Under the pieces are notes generated by a model. It saw only the letters and a list, made by a program, of their open reading frames with translations, had not been told where the DNA came from and ran no database searches. 64,000 bases of DNA from a virus (taxonomy: Duplodnaviria; Heunggongvirae; Uroviricota; Caudoviricetes), in the IMG/VR virus record IMGVR_UViG_3300037466_002980, positions 32,001-96,000 of that record. One strand, given 5' to 3'. Below, piece by piece: positions 46,125 to 56,904 of this stretch. Position 1 is the first letter of the stretch. The number at the start of each line of letters is the position of its first letter. The position numbers were made by a program, and so were the translations under genes.

Positions 46125-46918
46125 TTAAATTCCAATGATTTATCAATTTTAAATTTTCTATCATTAATAGAAATAGCAAGACCACTAAGGTATCCTCCCT
46201 TTGAGCATCCTGTATCCATAAAAATAACCTTACCGCCATTATTTCCTGTTACATGCAAAGGTGAAAAAATAGTTTCTCCAAAAACTGGTTTCCTGTCGTG
46301 ACCAACAATCGAAACTACGTTTTCCGGAATATCATGAATCCAATTGTACAACCTGACAGGGAATCCGTCTGATTCGTATTCGCCATTTGTTTCTCCATAG
46401 AGTGCATACGCTTTCATTTCGTTTTCTACACCTTCATCAAGTAAGACCATCGAAGAATGAAAAGCACCGTGTGAAAATACAAAATTACCAATTCTATGAT
46501 ATAATGAGGAGAAAATAGGATCTTCTATAATAGACATATATTTCTTGAAGAAATCATCTAATCGATCGTTACCGACCAATTCTAATGTTTTCTCCTGTCC
46601 GTGTGACAATCTAACTTTATTACCTTTATAGTAACGATAGAATTTATCATCATGGTTGCCGATAACAAAACCGGCTCTTTCTTCTAACCATAATTCGTGA
46701 AGAGCATCTATAACCTCAAATGGATTATGACCATAATCAACAAGGTCGCCGAGAGATAAAAGAAAATAATTTTCCTTCTTACAGAAATCAACAGCCTTTA
46801 AGAAAGCTTCGATATTAGAATGAATATCTCCCAGAACAAGAATACCATCAAAACTCGATCTGATATAATCAGATAAGTTTATAGACGAAGAGGGATGCAA
46901 GTTATATGTTACCTTCAT
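46121..46918 (-). CDS. Calcineurin-like metallophosphoesterase (PrpE/Pnkp phosphatase-like)
   Basis: GDIH, GDLVDYG, GNHD, HG, GH, DTGC..GG.LS. Confidence 0.9.
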   Translation of the reverse strand: MKVTYNLHPSSSINLSDYIRSSFDGILVLGDIHSNIEAFLKAVDFCKKENYFLLSLGDLVDYGHNPFEVIDALHELWLEERAGFVIGNHDDKFYRYYKGNKVRLSHGQEKTLELVGNDRLDDFFKKYMSIIEDPIFSSLYHRIGNFVFSHGAFHSSMVLLDEGVENEMKAYALYGETNGEYESDGFPVRLYNWIHDIPENVVSIVGHDRKPVFGETIFSPLHVTGNNGGKVIFMDTGCSKGGYLSGLAISINDRKFKIDKSLEFK

Positions 46919-46961
46919 AGCAACATTATAAATGCATCCCTCTTCGTATCACAACCGAGGT

Positions 46962-47177
46962 TTAATGTGATTGTCCGTCTTTTCTAGGTCTTATAGTATC
47001 TTCGGAAACAAATGCATTTAATTTTTTTGCTTCGGTGATTACCTCGTCGGACGTAAATCCTTTTATTGTAGCATGTTCATCATTATCGCGTTCATATACT
47101 TTCTGCATTGTAATAATATCATATGCTAATCTTAAAAGATCCAGACGTATTTCATATGGGGTTTTACCTACCTTCAT
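46962..47177 (-). CDS. Hypothetical protein
   Basis: TPYEIRLDLL...A.KLN.FVS; GGAG RBS. Confidence 0.6.
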   Translation of the reverse strand: MKVGKTPYEIRLDLLRLAYDIITMQKVYERDNDEHATIKGFTSDEVITEAKKLNAFVSEDTIRPRKDGQSH

Positions 47178-47197
47178 TATTTTTCTCCTTTTTGTGT

Positions 47198-47461
47198 TTA
47201 TTGTGCTGTGACATCCGGGCTTCCGGAATTTATTATCGCTCCACAGGCGGCATGCGCGCCTACGGTGATAATCTTATTGCCATCGACATCAACATCTGAA
47301 ACAATTGAGGTCAATGCTGTTGTACCGTGTCCATGTATAGGACAACTGTGTAAATCACCTTCTCTAGCTATTGCAATTCCATTTGCAAAACTATCCGAAC
47401 TCGCTGAAACTATTGTTCCTCCGTGACTAGAGGAATCACCTAATCTTGCTACTGCTGCCAT
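47198..47461 (-). CDS. PAAR-domain spike tip protein
   Basis: ARLGD.SSHGG, AREGD.HSCPIHGH, CGA...SGSPDV. Confidence 0.9.
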   Translation of the reverse strand: MAAVARLGDSSSHGGTIVSASSDSFANGIAIAREGDLHSCPIHGHGTTALTSIVSDVDVDGNKIITVGAHAACGAIINSGSPDVTAQ

Positions 47462-47757
47462 TATGTAATAATCTTCTTATCAGGAACCATAATCGGAGAA
47501 AGTGTTGCTTTATATTTCTTCTCAATTTCTTCGTTTGGAGATCCTGTTATAACTAATTTTTTAGGAACCGTATATGGCTTCTTTGGATCTGACATAATTG
47601 AAACGGGCATAAATTGAACTCCTTTATCTCCCATTCCAAGTGTTAGAGGATTAGTAATTATATACACATCCTCTTCTACTGATTGCACTTCACAAACAAA
47701 TTCTTCTCCACTTGTGAATTTAAATACTGCTGTATAAGGTACTTTTGAAACTAACAT
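47461..47757 (-). CDS. Sm-like fold phage protein
   Basis: FKFTSGEEFV...NPL pattern. Confidence 0.5.
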   Translation of the reverse strand: MLVSKVPYTAVFKFTSGEEFVCEVQSVEEDVYIITNPLTLGMGDKGVQFMPVSIMSDPKKPYTVPKKLVITGSPNEEIEKKYKATLSPIMVPDKKIIT

Positions 47758-48773
47758 TAAAAATCATCCCATCCTTTAACTGCTTCTGAACGACTATATT
47801 CAGTTACTTTTGTTTCAAAGAAATTTTCTCTCTTTTCAGCATTTAAATATTCATATGGATTCTTTGTAAATCCTTTATATACTACACCAAGGCCAATTAT
47901 TTTGGCACGTTGGTTTGCTAAAAATTTGATATATTCTTCGGTGCTTATTTTTGATATACCTAAGATTCTATCTCCGTATATTTCTGTTCCCCATTGGATT
48001 TCTTCTTCGGCGGCGTAAGAAATATTTTCAAGAAGAATTTCTCTATCTTTTGTATCATTTAGATCAAAGATTTCTCTAATGATGTTTGCAAACATATTCA
48101 CATGAGTGACCTCATCATTTTCAATATATTTGATCATCTTGGCTACATTCGCAACCTTATTGCGAGCAGCAAGTTGATAGAAGAATTGAAATCCATTATA
48201 AAAATAAATTCCTTCTAATGCATAATCTGCCGCTAAAGCAATTTTGAAGTTTTCAAGTGTCTTCTTATCATTAAATTTCTGATATTGTCCTGCAATAAAT
48301 TTATTTCTTTTAAGAAGTAACGGATTGTTTCTCCAATAATTATAAATTTCTTCACGTTCAATATTCGGAAATAATTCTTGCAATAAGTATTGATATGATT
48401 GTGAATGAATTAATTCCTGAAATGCCTGAATTGTAAATAATCCACTAATTTCAGGAGCAGTGATATAATCTGCAATATTTGGCAAATTAGCAACCTGCAT
48501 ACTATCCAAAGCGATAAGAAACGATAATGTATTCTTGAATGCTTCCATTTCGTCCCTAGTCAATTCTTTAATTGTAACCTTATCATCAACTAAGGAAATT
48601 TTTTCTGGAATCCAAAAATTATTCACCATAATTTTATAGAGTTTGGTAGCCCACTGATATTTGACGCTATTTAAGTTTAAGATTCCTGTAGCATTACCAT
48701 TTATAATATTTCTTTCGGTAATAGAATCGTTTCCTAATTCATCAAAAATTTTCTTATGAATTAATTCTGTCAT
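47757..48773 (-). CDS. nrdB: Ribonucleotide reductase class Ia beta subunit
   Basis: NFWIPE, LDSMQ, ELIHSQSY, LEGIYFY, DEVTH, NFFE. Confidence 0.97.
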   Translation of the reverse strand: MTELIHKKIFDELGNDSITERNIINGNATGILNLNSVKYQWATKLYKIMVNNFWIPEKISLVDDKVTIKELTRDEMEAFKNTLSFLIALDSMQVANLPNIADYITAPEISGLFTIQAFQELIHSQSYQYLLQELFPNIEREEIYNYWRNNPLLLKRNKFIAGQYQKFNDKKTLENFKIALAADYALEGIYFYNGFQFFYQLAARNKVANVAKMIKYIENDEVTHVNMFANIIREIFDLNDTKDREILLENISYAAEEEIQWGTEIYGDRILGISKISTEEYIKFLANQRAKIIGLGVVYKGFTKNPYEYLNAEKRENFFETKVTEYSRSEAVKGWDDF

Positions 48774-48788
48774 ATAAGCCTTTCTGTG

Positions 48789-50993
48789 TTATCCGGCGCA
48801 AGCTGCACAATTTTCTTCTGCTTTCACAACCGAATCTACTGTAGCGTTATTCTTGATTGCTCTAATGTAATAGATTGCCTTAATACCTTTCTCGTGAGCA
48901 TAATGAATTGCATCATATAGATCTCTGGCATTAAAGTCTTCTTTGCGCTGATCAAATATTAACTCCATAGAGCACCCCGTGTCAATGAACTTCTGCAGTT
49001 CCGAGACCACATCAATGATTTCTTTTGCTGTATGCTTAGGAAATGTCTTACCATAACCAATAGGATTTTCCTTAAGATATTTTGCAACAACAACAAGTTT
49101 TCCATTCTTATTATCTTCTGTGAAGAAAGATTCATAAACAGGTAATACACTTGCACTAGAATCCATATAGATTGAGGTACTTGTATTTGGAGCAGGACTT
49201 GTCAATTGACTGTTTCTAATTCCATATAAATCAATCTGTTCTTGTAGATGCTTCCAATCATATTTTCCAGAAGAATATAAAGCAAATTTAGCAACTCTTT
49301 CTCCATTCTTCCAATCAGAATTTTCATATGCCCCGAAACTACCAAAGCGTTTAGACAATTCCACACTAGATAATGCAGCGTGATATTCGATACATTCGGC
49401 GATTTCTCGAATATAATCAAGATCCCTAAAATTCATGTATTCCCTTGCTAGGTGATCATGTAAACCTTGAATACCAATACCGATAGTTCTATATCTATTA
49501 TTATGAGCTGCGGTAATTTCATCAGGTGGATTAGTAAGATTAATTCCATAATCAAGAATTTTAGCCGTTAGTCCCGAAATCTTACCTAGTTCTTTGAAAT
49601 CTTTAATATTACCAAGAACAATAGATGCAAGATTACATACGTGACCCAATTCATCTGGTTTCACATTAGAAAAGGATTCGGTACAGAGATTAACGCATGG
49701 AATTCCAATGTGGCCATTATCGTCATTTTTGTTAGGATTATATTCATTAATTGTATCGGTAAATGAAAGATAAGGCAATCCTGTTTCAAACTGAACTCTC
49801 ATCATTAATTTAGTGAGTTCTCGTGCGTTTTCAAATTTACGAATAATTTGTAACTTGCCTTCTTCGGCAGCTTCTTCGATTTTCAAATATGCTTCTGTAA
49901 ATTTTTCGCCATACAATCCTCGAACATCAATGCCTAATTTCTTTCTCACTTCAAAGGGACAGAATGTAATCCATTTTTCCTTATTCTTATCCCTTTCCAT
50001 AAAAATATCAGGCATTGTAACCTGTGGAAAAATATCATATGCCTTCATTCTTGGATCACCATGTTCGGTTTGCATATCTAAGAAATCTAAAATATCGTTG
50101 TGCCAAATTGGTAATGCAATTGTACCAGCACCGGCTCTCTTTCCGCCTTGGTTAACAGCAACGAGTGTATCATTTAGAATTTTAATCCATTGAACAATTG
50201 TTCCTGCCGCATTGGTATATCCATTAACATCGGAACCCTTAGCACGAAGATTACCAAGATAAATTCCAAGTCCACCACCGTTCTTAGAAATTAATGCCAC
50301 ACGTTTAACATTATCGAAAATACTATTAATATCGTCTTCAACGGCAATAATAAAACAAGAAGCAATATTTCCACCTTTGCGTAGATTAGCTAAGAATGGT
50401 GTGGCAAGTGAAATCTTTCTTTGAGAAAGTGCATTATAAACTTCTTTTACAAATTTAATTCTTGTTTCTGGGGGTTCGAATTGCCCAAAACGCATTGCAT
50501 TCACCATATGCATGTGTTGGTTTAATTCAAACTTTCCAAGATATTTTTTCTTTGCGGTAATTAGACTGGCATAACTATAATCCAAATCCCTGCTCATCTT
50601 TACCGCTGCACCTAATTCATCTAGGTCGGTTTCAGAATAATGAGTAAGAAGATCTTTTGTATAGAATCCTTTATTAACATTATATTGGACCACTTCCTTG
50701 AAAGACTTTCCACGAAGTGCAAAATTTGCCCATTCATCCATAGCCAGAGCTCTTCCAGCAACATTTACCCAATCGGGAGCAGCCGGTGTAGCCAATTGAA
50801 TTGCATGTTGTATTACATTTCTCTGAATATCTTTAGTCTTAATGCCATTTTTCAAAAACTGGTCAAATTTAGATTCCAATTCTAAGGGATTTACATCCTG
50901 TCCCTCTGCTGCCATTTGAATTGATTTTTTTATTTTTGCAACATCATACGGCTCCTTGGAACCATCTCTCTTTTCCACCATGATATCTTTCAT
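48789..50993 (-). CDS. nrdA: Ribonucleotide reductase class Ia alpha subunit with ATP cone
   Basis: VEKRDG ATP cone, SCF, NLCTE, CNLAS, APNTS, C-terminal CAAC. Confidence 0.97.
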   Translation of the reverse strand: MKDIMVEKRDGSKEPYDVAKIKKSIQMAAEGQDVNPLELESKFDQFLKNGIKTKDIQRNVIQHAIQLATPAAPDWVNVAGRALAMDEWANFALRGKSFKEVVQYNVNKGFYTKDLLTHYSETDLDELGAAVKMSRDLDYSYASLITAKKKYLGKFELNQHMHMVNAMRFGQFEPPETRIKFVKEVYNALSQRKISLATPFLANLRKGGNIASCFIIAVEDDINSIFDNVKRVALISKNGGGLGIYLGNLRAKGSDVNGYTNAAGTIVQWIKILNDTLVAVNQGGKRAGAGTIALPIWHNDILDFLDMQTEHGDPRMKAYDIFPQVTMPDIFMERDKNKEKWITFCPFEVRKKLGIDVRGLYGEKFTEAYLKIEEAAEEGKLQIIRKFENARELTKLMMRVQFETGLPYLSFTDTINEYNPNKNDDNGHIGIPCVNLCTESFSNVKPDELGHVCNLASIVLGNIKDFKELGKISGLTAKILDYGINLTNPPDEITAAHNNRYRTIGIGIQGLHDHLAREYMNFRDLDYIREIAECIEYHAALSSVELSKRFGSFGAYENSDWKNGERVAKFALYSSGKYDWKHLQEQIDLYGIRNSQLTSPAPNTSTSIYMDSSASVLPVYESFFTEDNKNGKLVVVAKYLKENPIGYGKTFPKHTAKEIIDVVSELQKFIDTGCSMELIFDQRKEDFNARDLYDAIHYAHEKGIKAIYYIRAIKNNATVDSVVKAEENCAACAG

Positions 50994-51014
50994 GAATCTA
51001 AATTCCTTTTTGGT

Positions 51015-51452
51015 TTATACTATAGACTTTATAGTATCTTGTGAATATCTTTTTAGTATTTTAAAACTTTTCTTTATCTCTGAATGTGTACTTACCTCTC
51101 CAAGGTGGTAATTTAAAACAAATGTATTATTCACCAATGGTAAGAGATAAATATCACCTTCATCATCTATGAGAAGCAATTCTAATTTCTTTTCATTCGG
51201 CATAAGTGAAAGAGTGTAAAAAATTAGAAGACTTATTGAACTACTACAGAAAGAACCATAGAATAATATCTCCCATGGCGTCGGCCAATTTTCCGAATTA
51301 TAATAATCTAAGGTTCTACTACCGATAGGCATACTTGAACAAAATTTAGCAATTTCATTCAGTTGGTCCTGTAATGGGAGTTCTTTTATTTTATCTCGAA
51401 ATTTCTTCCAGATAAGAAGCTTCTCTTCGTTAGGTATTGTATTCCAGAACAT
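51015..51452 (-). CDS. Hypothetical protein
   Basis: WPTPWEIL motif; start set at MFWNT. Confidence 0.6.
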   Translation of the reverse strand: MFWNTIPNEEKLLIWKKFRDKIKELPLQDQLNEIAKFCSSMPIGSRTLDYYNSENWPTPWEILFYGSFCSSSISLLIFYTLSLMPNEKKLELLLIDDEGDIYLLPLVNNTFVLNYHLGEVSTHSEIKKSFKILKRYSQDTIKSIV

Positions 51453-51465
51453 TCTTATCTTTTTC

Positions 51466-52098
51466 TTAAGCGAAGGTGGTCCATTTAATTGTACTTGTAT
51501 TGAAATACAATGTGGATCCATAATTGTGCTTATAATAGATTTCGATAAAATTTCCTGTTATATCATATTGTGCAATAAAATTTATTGACGAAGTAGGATA
51601 AATGCTTGCCTCTGTTCCTGTATCTGTTAAAGATACAGGATTAGGATTAGCAGATTGAATGGCTGTAATAGCCAATTCACCATTTTTCGAGAATCCTGCT
51701 CCAACGGCATTCCAATCTACTGATCCGGAATCAGAGACAGAATATAAAAAGCTGAAAAATGGTGTTGCCGAATAAGTTAATTCGGGAATTAATGTAAATG
51801 TTCCTTCCGGTGCCAAAGAAACAGTTAAAGGATTAAGGATAAAACCAGAGGTTGCTTCAGATATTTCAACATATTCACCGTTGATATTTCCAATAAAGAG
51901 TCTTCTTGAATCAGTACAGAATGCAAGTTCGCCCGACATCAAGACATTCGGGTAATTTGTTAGATTAAAACCTACAATACTACCGAATCCACCGGTTCCG
52001 GTGTATCCTGCTGGATATAAATTATCAAATTGGGCTTGTGTTCCTCTTCTGTTCTGTATTCTCGAAACAACAACTGGAGCTAACGTTGGCGATGTCAT
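51466..52098 (-). CDS. Virion structural protein (tail/baseplate; Mtd-N/hyaluronidase-like N-terminus)
   Basis: RIQNRRG...GELAFCTDSRRLFIGN; late motif at 52123. Confidence 0.65.
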   Translation of the reverse strand: MTSPTLAPVVVSRIQNRRGTQAQFDNLYPAGYTGTGGFGSIVGFNLTNYPNVLMSGELAFCTDSRRLFIGNINGEYVEISEATSGFILNPLTVSLAPEGTFTLIPELTYSATPFFSFLYSVSDSGSVDWNAVGAGFSKNGELAITAIQSANPNPVSLTDTGTEASIYPTSSINFIAQYDITGNFIEIYYKHNYGSTLYFNTSTIKWTTFA

Positions 52099-52121
52099 TA
52101 GACTTTATTCCTTATAATCTA

Positions 52122-52790
52122 TTATTTATCGTTAGAATATAATTTATAATATTTTTCTAAGGAGGTTAACCAAATACTAATACATTGATCGAATTCTTTA
52201 CCTTCGAACACAAATTCCTGATATTTTGCATCTCTAGTGGCAATCATAATTACACCACGCTTTATATCTGTTCCAAACATTTCATTATGAGCCAATGCAT
52301 AGGCTGCAATCTGCGCACGATAGTCATCAATCCATTCTTTTTTCTTTTCTCTTAAACTATTCTTAAAGTCAATAATAGCTGGCTCGCCATTATGTATTCC
52401 AATCAAATCAGTAGAACCTGCATATAGATCTTTTGAATATAAGGAAACTTCAGAACCCCAAACTTCTTCTATGTTTGTAAGTCCATTATTAATAATTACC
52501 TTCGCCAATGTCTGTGCCATATAGGAACCAGTAAGAGATTCTCCGAGAATATGCCTTTCAAGATTTTTGTGCATACCAGAACCAAGTGTACTGGCCTCCA
52601 CTTTAATCTTTTCAGCCTGTTCTTCTCCTACTTTCTTTTTCCAGGCATTCAGATGAGTCATGTCTTTGGTTTTAGAAAGGATAGTTGTGACCGATGGCAA
52701 TGCTCTTCCCTCTCCAACGATATAACGTCGGCCTTCGGGTGACTCAACACGCTCTAATGGTTTATAATCAAATTTCTTATTTATAATCAT
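52122..52790 (-). CDS. PD-(D/E)XK exonuclease (Cas4-like phage family)
   Basis: PSVTTIL, G..MH, YAGSTD, IDFK, QIAAY; sigma70 promoter at 52796-52824. Confidence 0.9.
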   Translation of the reverse strand: MIINKKFDYKPLERVESPEGRRYIVGEGRALPSVTTILSKTKDMTHLNAWKKKVGEEQAEKIKVEASTLGSGMHKNLERHILGESLTGSYMAQTLAKVIINNGLTNIEEVWGSEVSLYSKDLYAGSTDLIGIHNGEPAIIDFKNSLREKKKEWIDDYRAQIAAYALAHNEMFGTDIKRGVIMIATRDAKYQEFVFEGKEFDQCISIWLTSLEKYYKLYSNDK

Positions 52791-52825
52791 AATTGATTAT
52801 AACATTTCGGTTTTCAGAGGTCAAT

Positions 52826-54010
52826 CTACCAACACACTTTCCATTGAATTGTGCTGCCTGTTTGCGGATTAGATTGTATTTGAATTGTGTAATTCAAGTT
52901 TTGAAAATAAGACAATACTTGATTTAACTGAAGCTGAATTGCTTTATTGGTAACTGTACCAGCCCAAACTTGCCAATAAAGTGATGGGGTAGTTCCGTAT
53001 GTATTTGTTGAAATATTCACAGTCACTACAGCTTGGGAAGTTGGTGGATTTGGCAATGTGGCAGTTGATGGATTAAACACTGTCCCAGTAATAGGAGTAA
53101 CATAATTCGATCCTGATTTATTCACAGCTATCGAAGAAACTGATGTACCTGTTAAATTTACTGTTGTATCTGCTCCAGAACCTGGATTTGAAATAACAAG
53201 AAATGGTGAAACGTCAGCATAACCTGCACCACTGTTATTAACTACCACTTGTGTAATTACACCACTATTATCAGTAAGAACAGTTGCTTGAAAACCACTA
53301 CCAACAGGATATGGTAATGCATTATTAAGAGATGATACAATTTCAACTTGAGCAACACTTGGTTGATAACCCGAACCTGGATTTAAAATAGCGACTGCAA
53401 GAATATCCCCTGATATACCGACTGAAGTAATTTTAAATGTTGCATCAACATAATTTATATTCGGGAGAACTGCCCTCGTAGCGGTCACAGTATCATTGAT
53501 TGTATATCCGGAACCGGCATTAGCGATATTTATGTTAACAATAGCTCCGATTGAATCTACCAACGGTTGCAATACAGCGCCAGTTCCGCCAAGTGAAGTA
53601 ACAGACATTGTTGAATTAACTGGTTGATAGCCAGTTCCGCCAGCGGTCATATTAATAGAAAGAATTGCTCCACCATTTGTAGTAGCTGTGGCTGTAGCAC
53701 CGGATCCCGATGATCCATTTGGTGGAATAAACTTAACTGCAGGTGTATCCTTATAGTATCCAGAACCGCCATTAACAACGGTAACTGAAGTTACACCAGA
53801 AACAAAAGTCATAGGTGTTGTTCCGCCGACGGTAGTACACATCTGTCCGCCGCTAGGCGAACATTGACTGGATGCGGCTAAAATTGCTTGTTGAATTGCG
53901 CAAATTTCTTCCCACACAACTGGAAGATTAGTTGCCAATGTTTCCATTGTAGAAGCATTAGGAAATGAAGAAGAAGGAATTGATGCTGATGTTGATGAAT
54001 TGCAAGACAT
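52826..54010 (-). CDS. Virion structural protein with repeated V.N.GSGY motifs
   Basis: About six GSGY/GTGY-type repeats; Gly/Thr/Ser-rich. Confidence 0.7.
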   Translation of the reverse strand: MSCNSSTSASIPSSSFPNASTMETLATNLPVVWEEICAIQQAILAASSQCSPSGGQMCTTVGGTTPMTFVSGVTSVTVVNGGSGYYKDTPAVKFIPPNGSSGSGATATATTNGGAILSINMTAGGTGYQPVNSTMSVTSLGGTGAVLQPLVDSIGAIVNINIANAGSGYTINDTVTATRAVLPNINYVDATFKITSVGISGDILAVAILNPGSGYQPSVAQVEIVSSLNNALPYPVGSGFQATVLTDNSGVITQVVVNNSGAGYADVSPFLVISNPGSGADTTVNLTGTSVSSIAVNKSGSNYVTPITGTVFNPSTATLPNPPTSQAVVTVNISTNTYGTTPSLYWQVWAGTVTNKAIQLQLNQVLSYFQNLNYTIQIQSNPQTGSTIQWKVCW

Positions 54011-54330
54011 TATTTCACCTGTTTCTGAGTTGCTTGTTGGGCCATATCGGATACTCTACTAGCACTATCCTCTCCATCCATTCCATCTGTACCTTCCTGA
54101 TTTGTTAAAGAAATCATTTCGGGCGTAACATTAGCAATTGATGGATCATTGCTTAATAATGGAATTAAGCTATTCACATCAATAGAATAACCCATGCTTT
54201 GCAATTGGGTTATTAAATCGTTTGTATTAATTTCAGAAGCACCAGAACCTTTTGCACCTATCAAAATATTCTGTAAATCTGATTGGAGGCTTTGGTTATA
54301 GTCTTCTTTGAGAATTTCCCATGCTCTCAT
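54010..54330 (-). CDS. Late hypothetical protein
   Basis: MRAWEILKED N-terminus. Confidence 0.6.
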   Translation of the reverse strand: MRAWEILKEDYNQSLQSDLQNILIGAKGSGASEINTNDLITQLQSMGYSIDVNSLIPLLSNDPSIANVTPEMISLTNQEGTDGMDGEDSASRVSDMAQQATQKQVK

Positions 54331-55634
54331 CAGGCTTTCTTGCTTTCCTTAATTTTTCTTGCTCTTTCGACAAGGTTTTTCATTTCAGTAACCTTTCTCT
54401 GCAAGCGTTCAACTGATTCTGATTTCATTGCACGACCAAGTGGTTCTTCGGTTTCTGCACCGCCAAATTCATCCTCGCCACCTAATTCGTCATCAATATT
54501 ATCTAAATCAAGTTCAGGTTCATCCATCGGCATATCATCGCCAACAACACCTAAATCACCATCGAGTCCCTTATCCATATCGATTTCAGCACCAATGTGT
54601 CCTGTTTCGGCTAGATTAGAAACAGCATCATCGACCTGGCTCTTAGCAGTATATAATGCATCCATCACACCTTGAAGAGCACCATAGATTTGAGTTTGGA
54701 ATGCAGAAGAAGATTCTGAACCGTATGTTTCTCTCATTTGATCGACAACAGGTGGAAGATCTTCGTTTTGTAAACGTCCAATCTTTTCAACCATTTCTTG
54801 AAGTTCTTGAGCAAATCCTTTTGCGGCCATCATAACTTCTGCCTGGCTAACTTCCGTTTCAAGTAAACGACGAAGATTCTTAACTAAATTAGCATGTTCT
54901 TTCATGATATTTGATTTGGCTTCTTCGATACTTTCGTCGCCATCAACTTCTTTCTTTTCAACAAGACCAGCTGCGGCTGCCTGTTTATTTAATTCAGCTG
55001 TTTTTCGCATTAATTCTTTTTTCATCATCGGATCTCTTGCTGTTTCGGGATCCATTTGAATTCTTTGTAATTCTTTTCTTTTTGCAAGATATTCGTCGCG
55101 TGTCATTATTGGACTTTCCTTAAATTCATTAATATGAAAACTATCAGTTATAACAGGCTCTTCAGAAGAAATAGGTGAATGAATTCTAGACATTGCTTCT
55201 TGTCTAACCTTCTGCTCAATTAATTCATCTGGAAAACGATATTTACTCGAACGGTAATGTTTCATACCATCTCTTAAACATTCTTCAAAATCTTGATGAG
55301 TTGTTCCAGATAATCTAAAACAATCTGCTACATAATCCGATAGGCCATTAACTACCTTATCGAGGTCTGGAGATTGAAGCTGTAAAATTGCAAATTCTCT
55401 CAGAGTTTTCATTCCCTCGAGAACTAAAAGTCTCTTGGAAATTTCTGGAGATGTTTTGGAATCTTCGCCTTTAACTTTTAATTCAATGATTTCGCCTTCA
55501 ATCTGTTCCATAATAGAAACAAGATCTTTATCGCTCACATCTTCATAAATTTTAAAACCATAATTAGTTTCTAAATACTGATTAATTCTATTAAACCTTG
55601 TATTTGGAGACTTACCAATATCGTTCAAGAGCAT
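54330..55634 (-). CDS. Acidic coiled-coil protein, possible prohead core/scaffold
   Basis: LLETEVSQAEV..AA, acidic linker, EEPLGR; late motif at 55664. Confidence 0.55.
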   Translation of the reverse strand: MLLNDIGKSPNTRFNRINQYLETNYGFKIYEDVSDKDLVSIMEQIEGEIIELKVKGEDSKTSPEISKRLLVLEGMKTLREFAILQLQSPDLDKVVNGLSDYVADCFRLSGTTHQDFEECLRDGMKHYRSSKYRFPDELIEQKVRQEAMSRIHSPISSEEPVITDSFHINEFKESPIMTRDEYLAKRKELQRIQMDPETARDPMMKKELMRKTAELNKQAAAAGLVEKKEVDGDESIEEAKSNIMKEHANLVKNLRRLLETEVSQAEVMMAAKGFAQELQEMVEKIGRLQNEDLPPVVDQMRETYGSESSSAFQTQIYGALQGVMDALYTAKSQVDDAVSNLAETGHIGAEIDMDKGLDGDLGVVGDDMPMDEPELDLDNIDDELGGEDEFGGAETEEPLGRAMKSESVERLQRKVTEMKNLVERARKIKESKKA

Positions 55635-55681
55635 ATACCGTTCCTGTTAAATCTTATTTCTAGTATTTATCATTCTAACTA

Positions 55682-56131
55682 TTATTTCGTTCTCTTGTAA
55701 GAACTGATCTTTTCTTTGATCGAACGAGCAAGCAATTCTGTTGTTTGAAATTTATCCTCAAGAATTAATAATCTCTCATCGTCATTCTTTTTCTTGGCTG
55801 TCTTCATACAATTAAGATAATGAATCATATCATTATGATATTTTGAATATTTTTCTTCAAGATAAAGAATTTTTCTAACTATAGATTTTTCACCCATTGA
55901 ATGTTGCTGAGCCAGAATAATAGCAATTTCGAAATTAACTATATTCTCGAAAATAGGTGTTTTATTAACTGAATAAACATCATAAAATCCATTAGAATTT
56001 TTCTGAACAAATAGATTTCCAACTAACATCGAATTTTTCGATAAAGGAATAGGATAGCTACTTTGAATTACATAAGTAACTGCCCTATCGGTAGCCTGAT
56101 CTAATGATTTTATAAGTTCAACCTTATTCAT
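55682..56131 (-). CDS. Hypothetical protein
   Basis: Operon packing. Confidence 0.55.
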   Translation of the reverse strand: MNKVELIKSLDQATDRAVTYVIQSSYPIPLSKNSMLVGNLFVQKNSNGFYDVYSVNKTPIFENIVNFEIAIILAQQHSMGEKSIVRKILYLEEKYSKYHNDMIHYLNCMKTAKKKNDDERLLILEDKFQTTELLARSIKEKISSYKRTK

Positions 56132-56904
56132 TTTCTCTTCACATTTCTTCTATTTGCAGTCTTTAATCCTGTTGCGGCAAGATTAGCCGATAATGCACCA
56201 GTGGCTTGATTTGGCTTTGTATCTCCTGCAACAGTTTTAGCAACAGTTGGTGTATATTCTTTCTTTAAGAGTCCCTCTTCAGTTGGTTCTCTTTTTTTCA
56301 TTTTTCCCAGTGCTGTTGGTGCTACAGCTATTCCGCCGGCACCTGTTGCTCCGGCACTGCAGGTTTCTTGAATTCCAGCTAATTCTTTTAATCTCTGTAA
56401 TTCTTCATCTTCCGATACAGTTTGTTCTGGTTGATTTTGTCCTGGTTGATTTTGTCCCGGTGTTGCACCTGCCGCAAAAGGTTGAAGGCTATCTATATCC
56501 ATCCACTGATCCTTTCCTGTGGAGGGATTCTTGATCTTAGAACCATTGGCCGAAATATCAACTTGTGATACTTCACCCGGCATTGGTACCCCGTTAGGTC
56601 CTGCTAATCCAACTACCATTCCTTGTTGTAAAGGCGTTCCTTTTCCTGCCCACGAATTTATTGTTTGAGGTGATTTAGCAGCTGGCTGACTATTGCTAGG
56701 TTGTGATGTTGGTTGAGTTGTTGGAGCAATAGTCTGCCCAGATGGAGGTGTTACAATGCCAGCTTCTGTTAAATTATAATATTCAGCAAATGACATAGTT
56801 GATATTTTTTCTTTAACTTCGTCTATATTCATTCCGCTAGATTCTGATAATTCTTGAAGGAAATTCTGATATAATGTCCATGACGCTCTTGATTTATTTT
56901 TCAT
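56128..56904 (-). CDS. Late hypothetical protein, probably head-associated
   Basis: EELQRLKELAGI and ET.SAGAT.AG.IA motifs; QNQPG repeat. Confidence 0.6.
   Translation of the reverse strand: MKNKSRASWTLYQNFLQELSESSGMNIDEVKEKISTMSFAEYYNLTEAGIVTPPSGQTIAPTTQPTSQPSNSQPAAKSPQTINSWAGKGTPLQQGMVVGLAGPNGVPMPGEVSQVDISANGSKIKNPSTGKDQWMDIDSLQPFAAGATPGQNQPGQNQPEQTVSEDEELQRLKELAGIQETCSAGATGAGGIAVAPTALGKMKKREPTEEGLLKKEYTPTVAKTVAGDTKPNQATGALSANLAATGLKTANRRNVKRK

Noticed and set aside
47757-50993. Introns or inteins in nrdA/nrdB (also checked thyA, helicase, ligase)
   Set aside because: ORFs are continuous and of normal length with no evident insertion
52122-52790. Cas4-like nuclease as a sign of a CRISPR system
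   Set aside because: No repeat-spacer array or other cas genes seen; stand-alone PD-(D/E)XK exonucleases are common in T4-like phages
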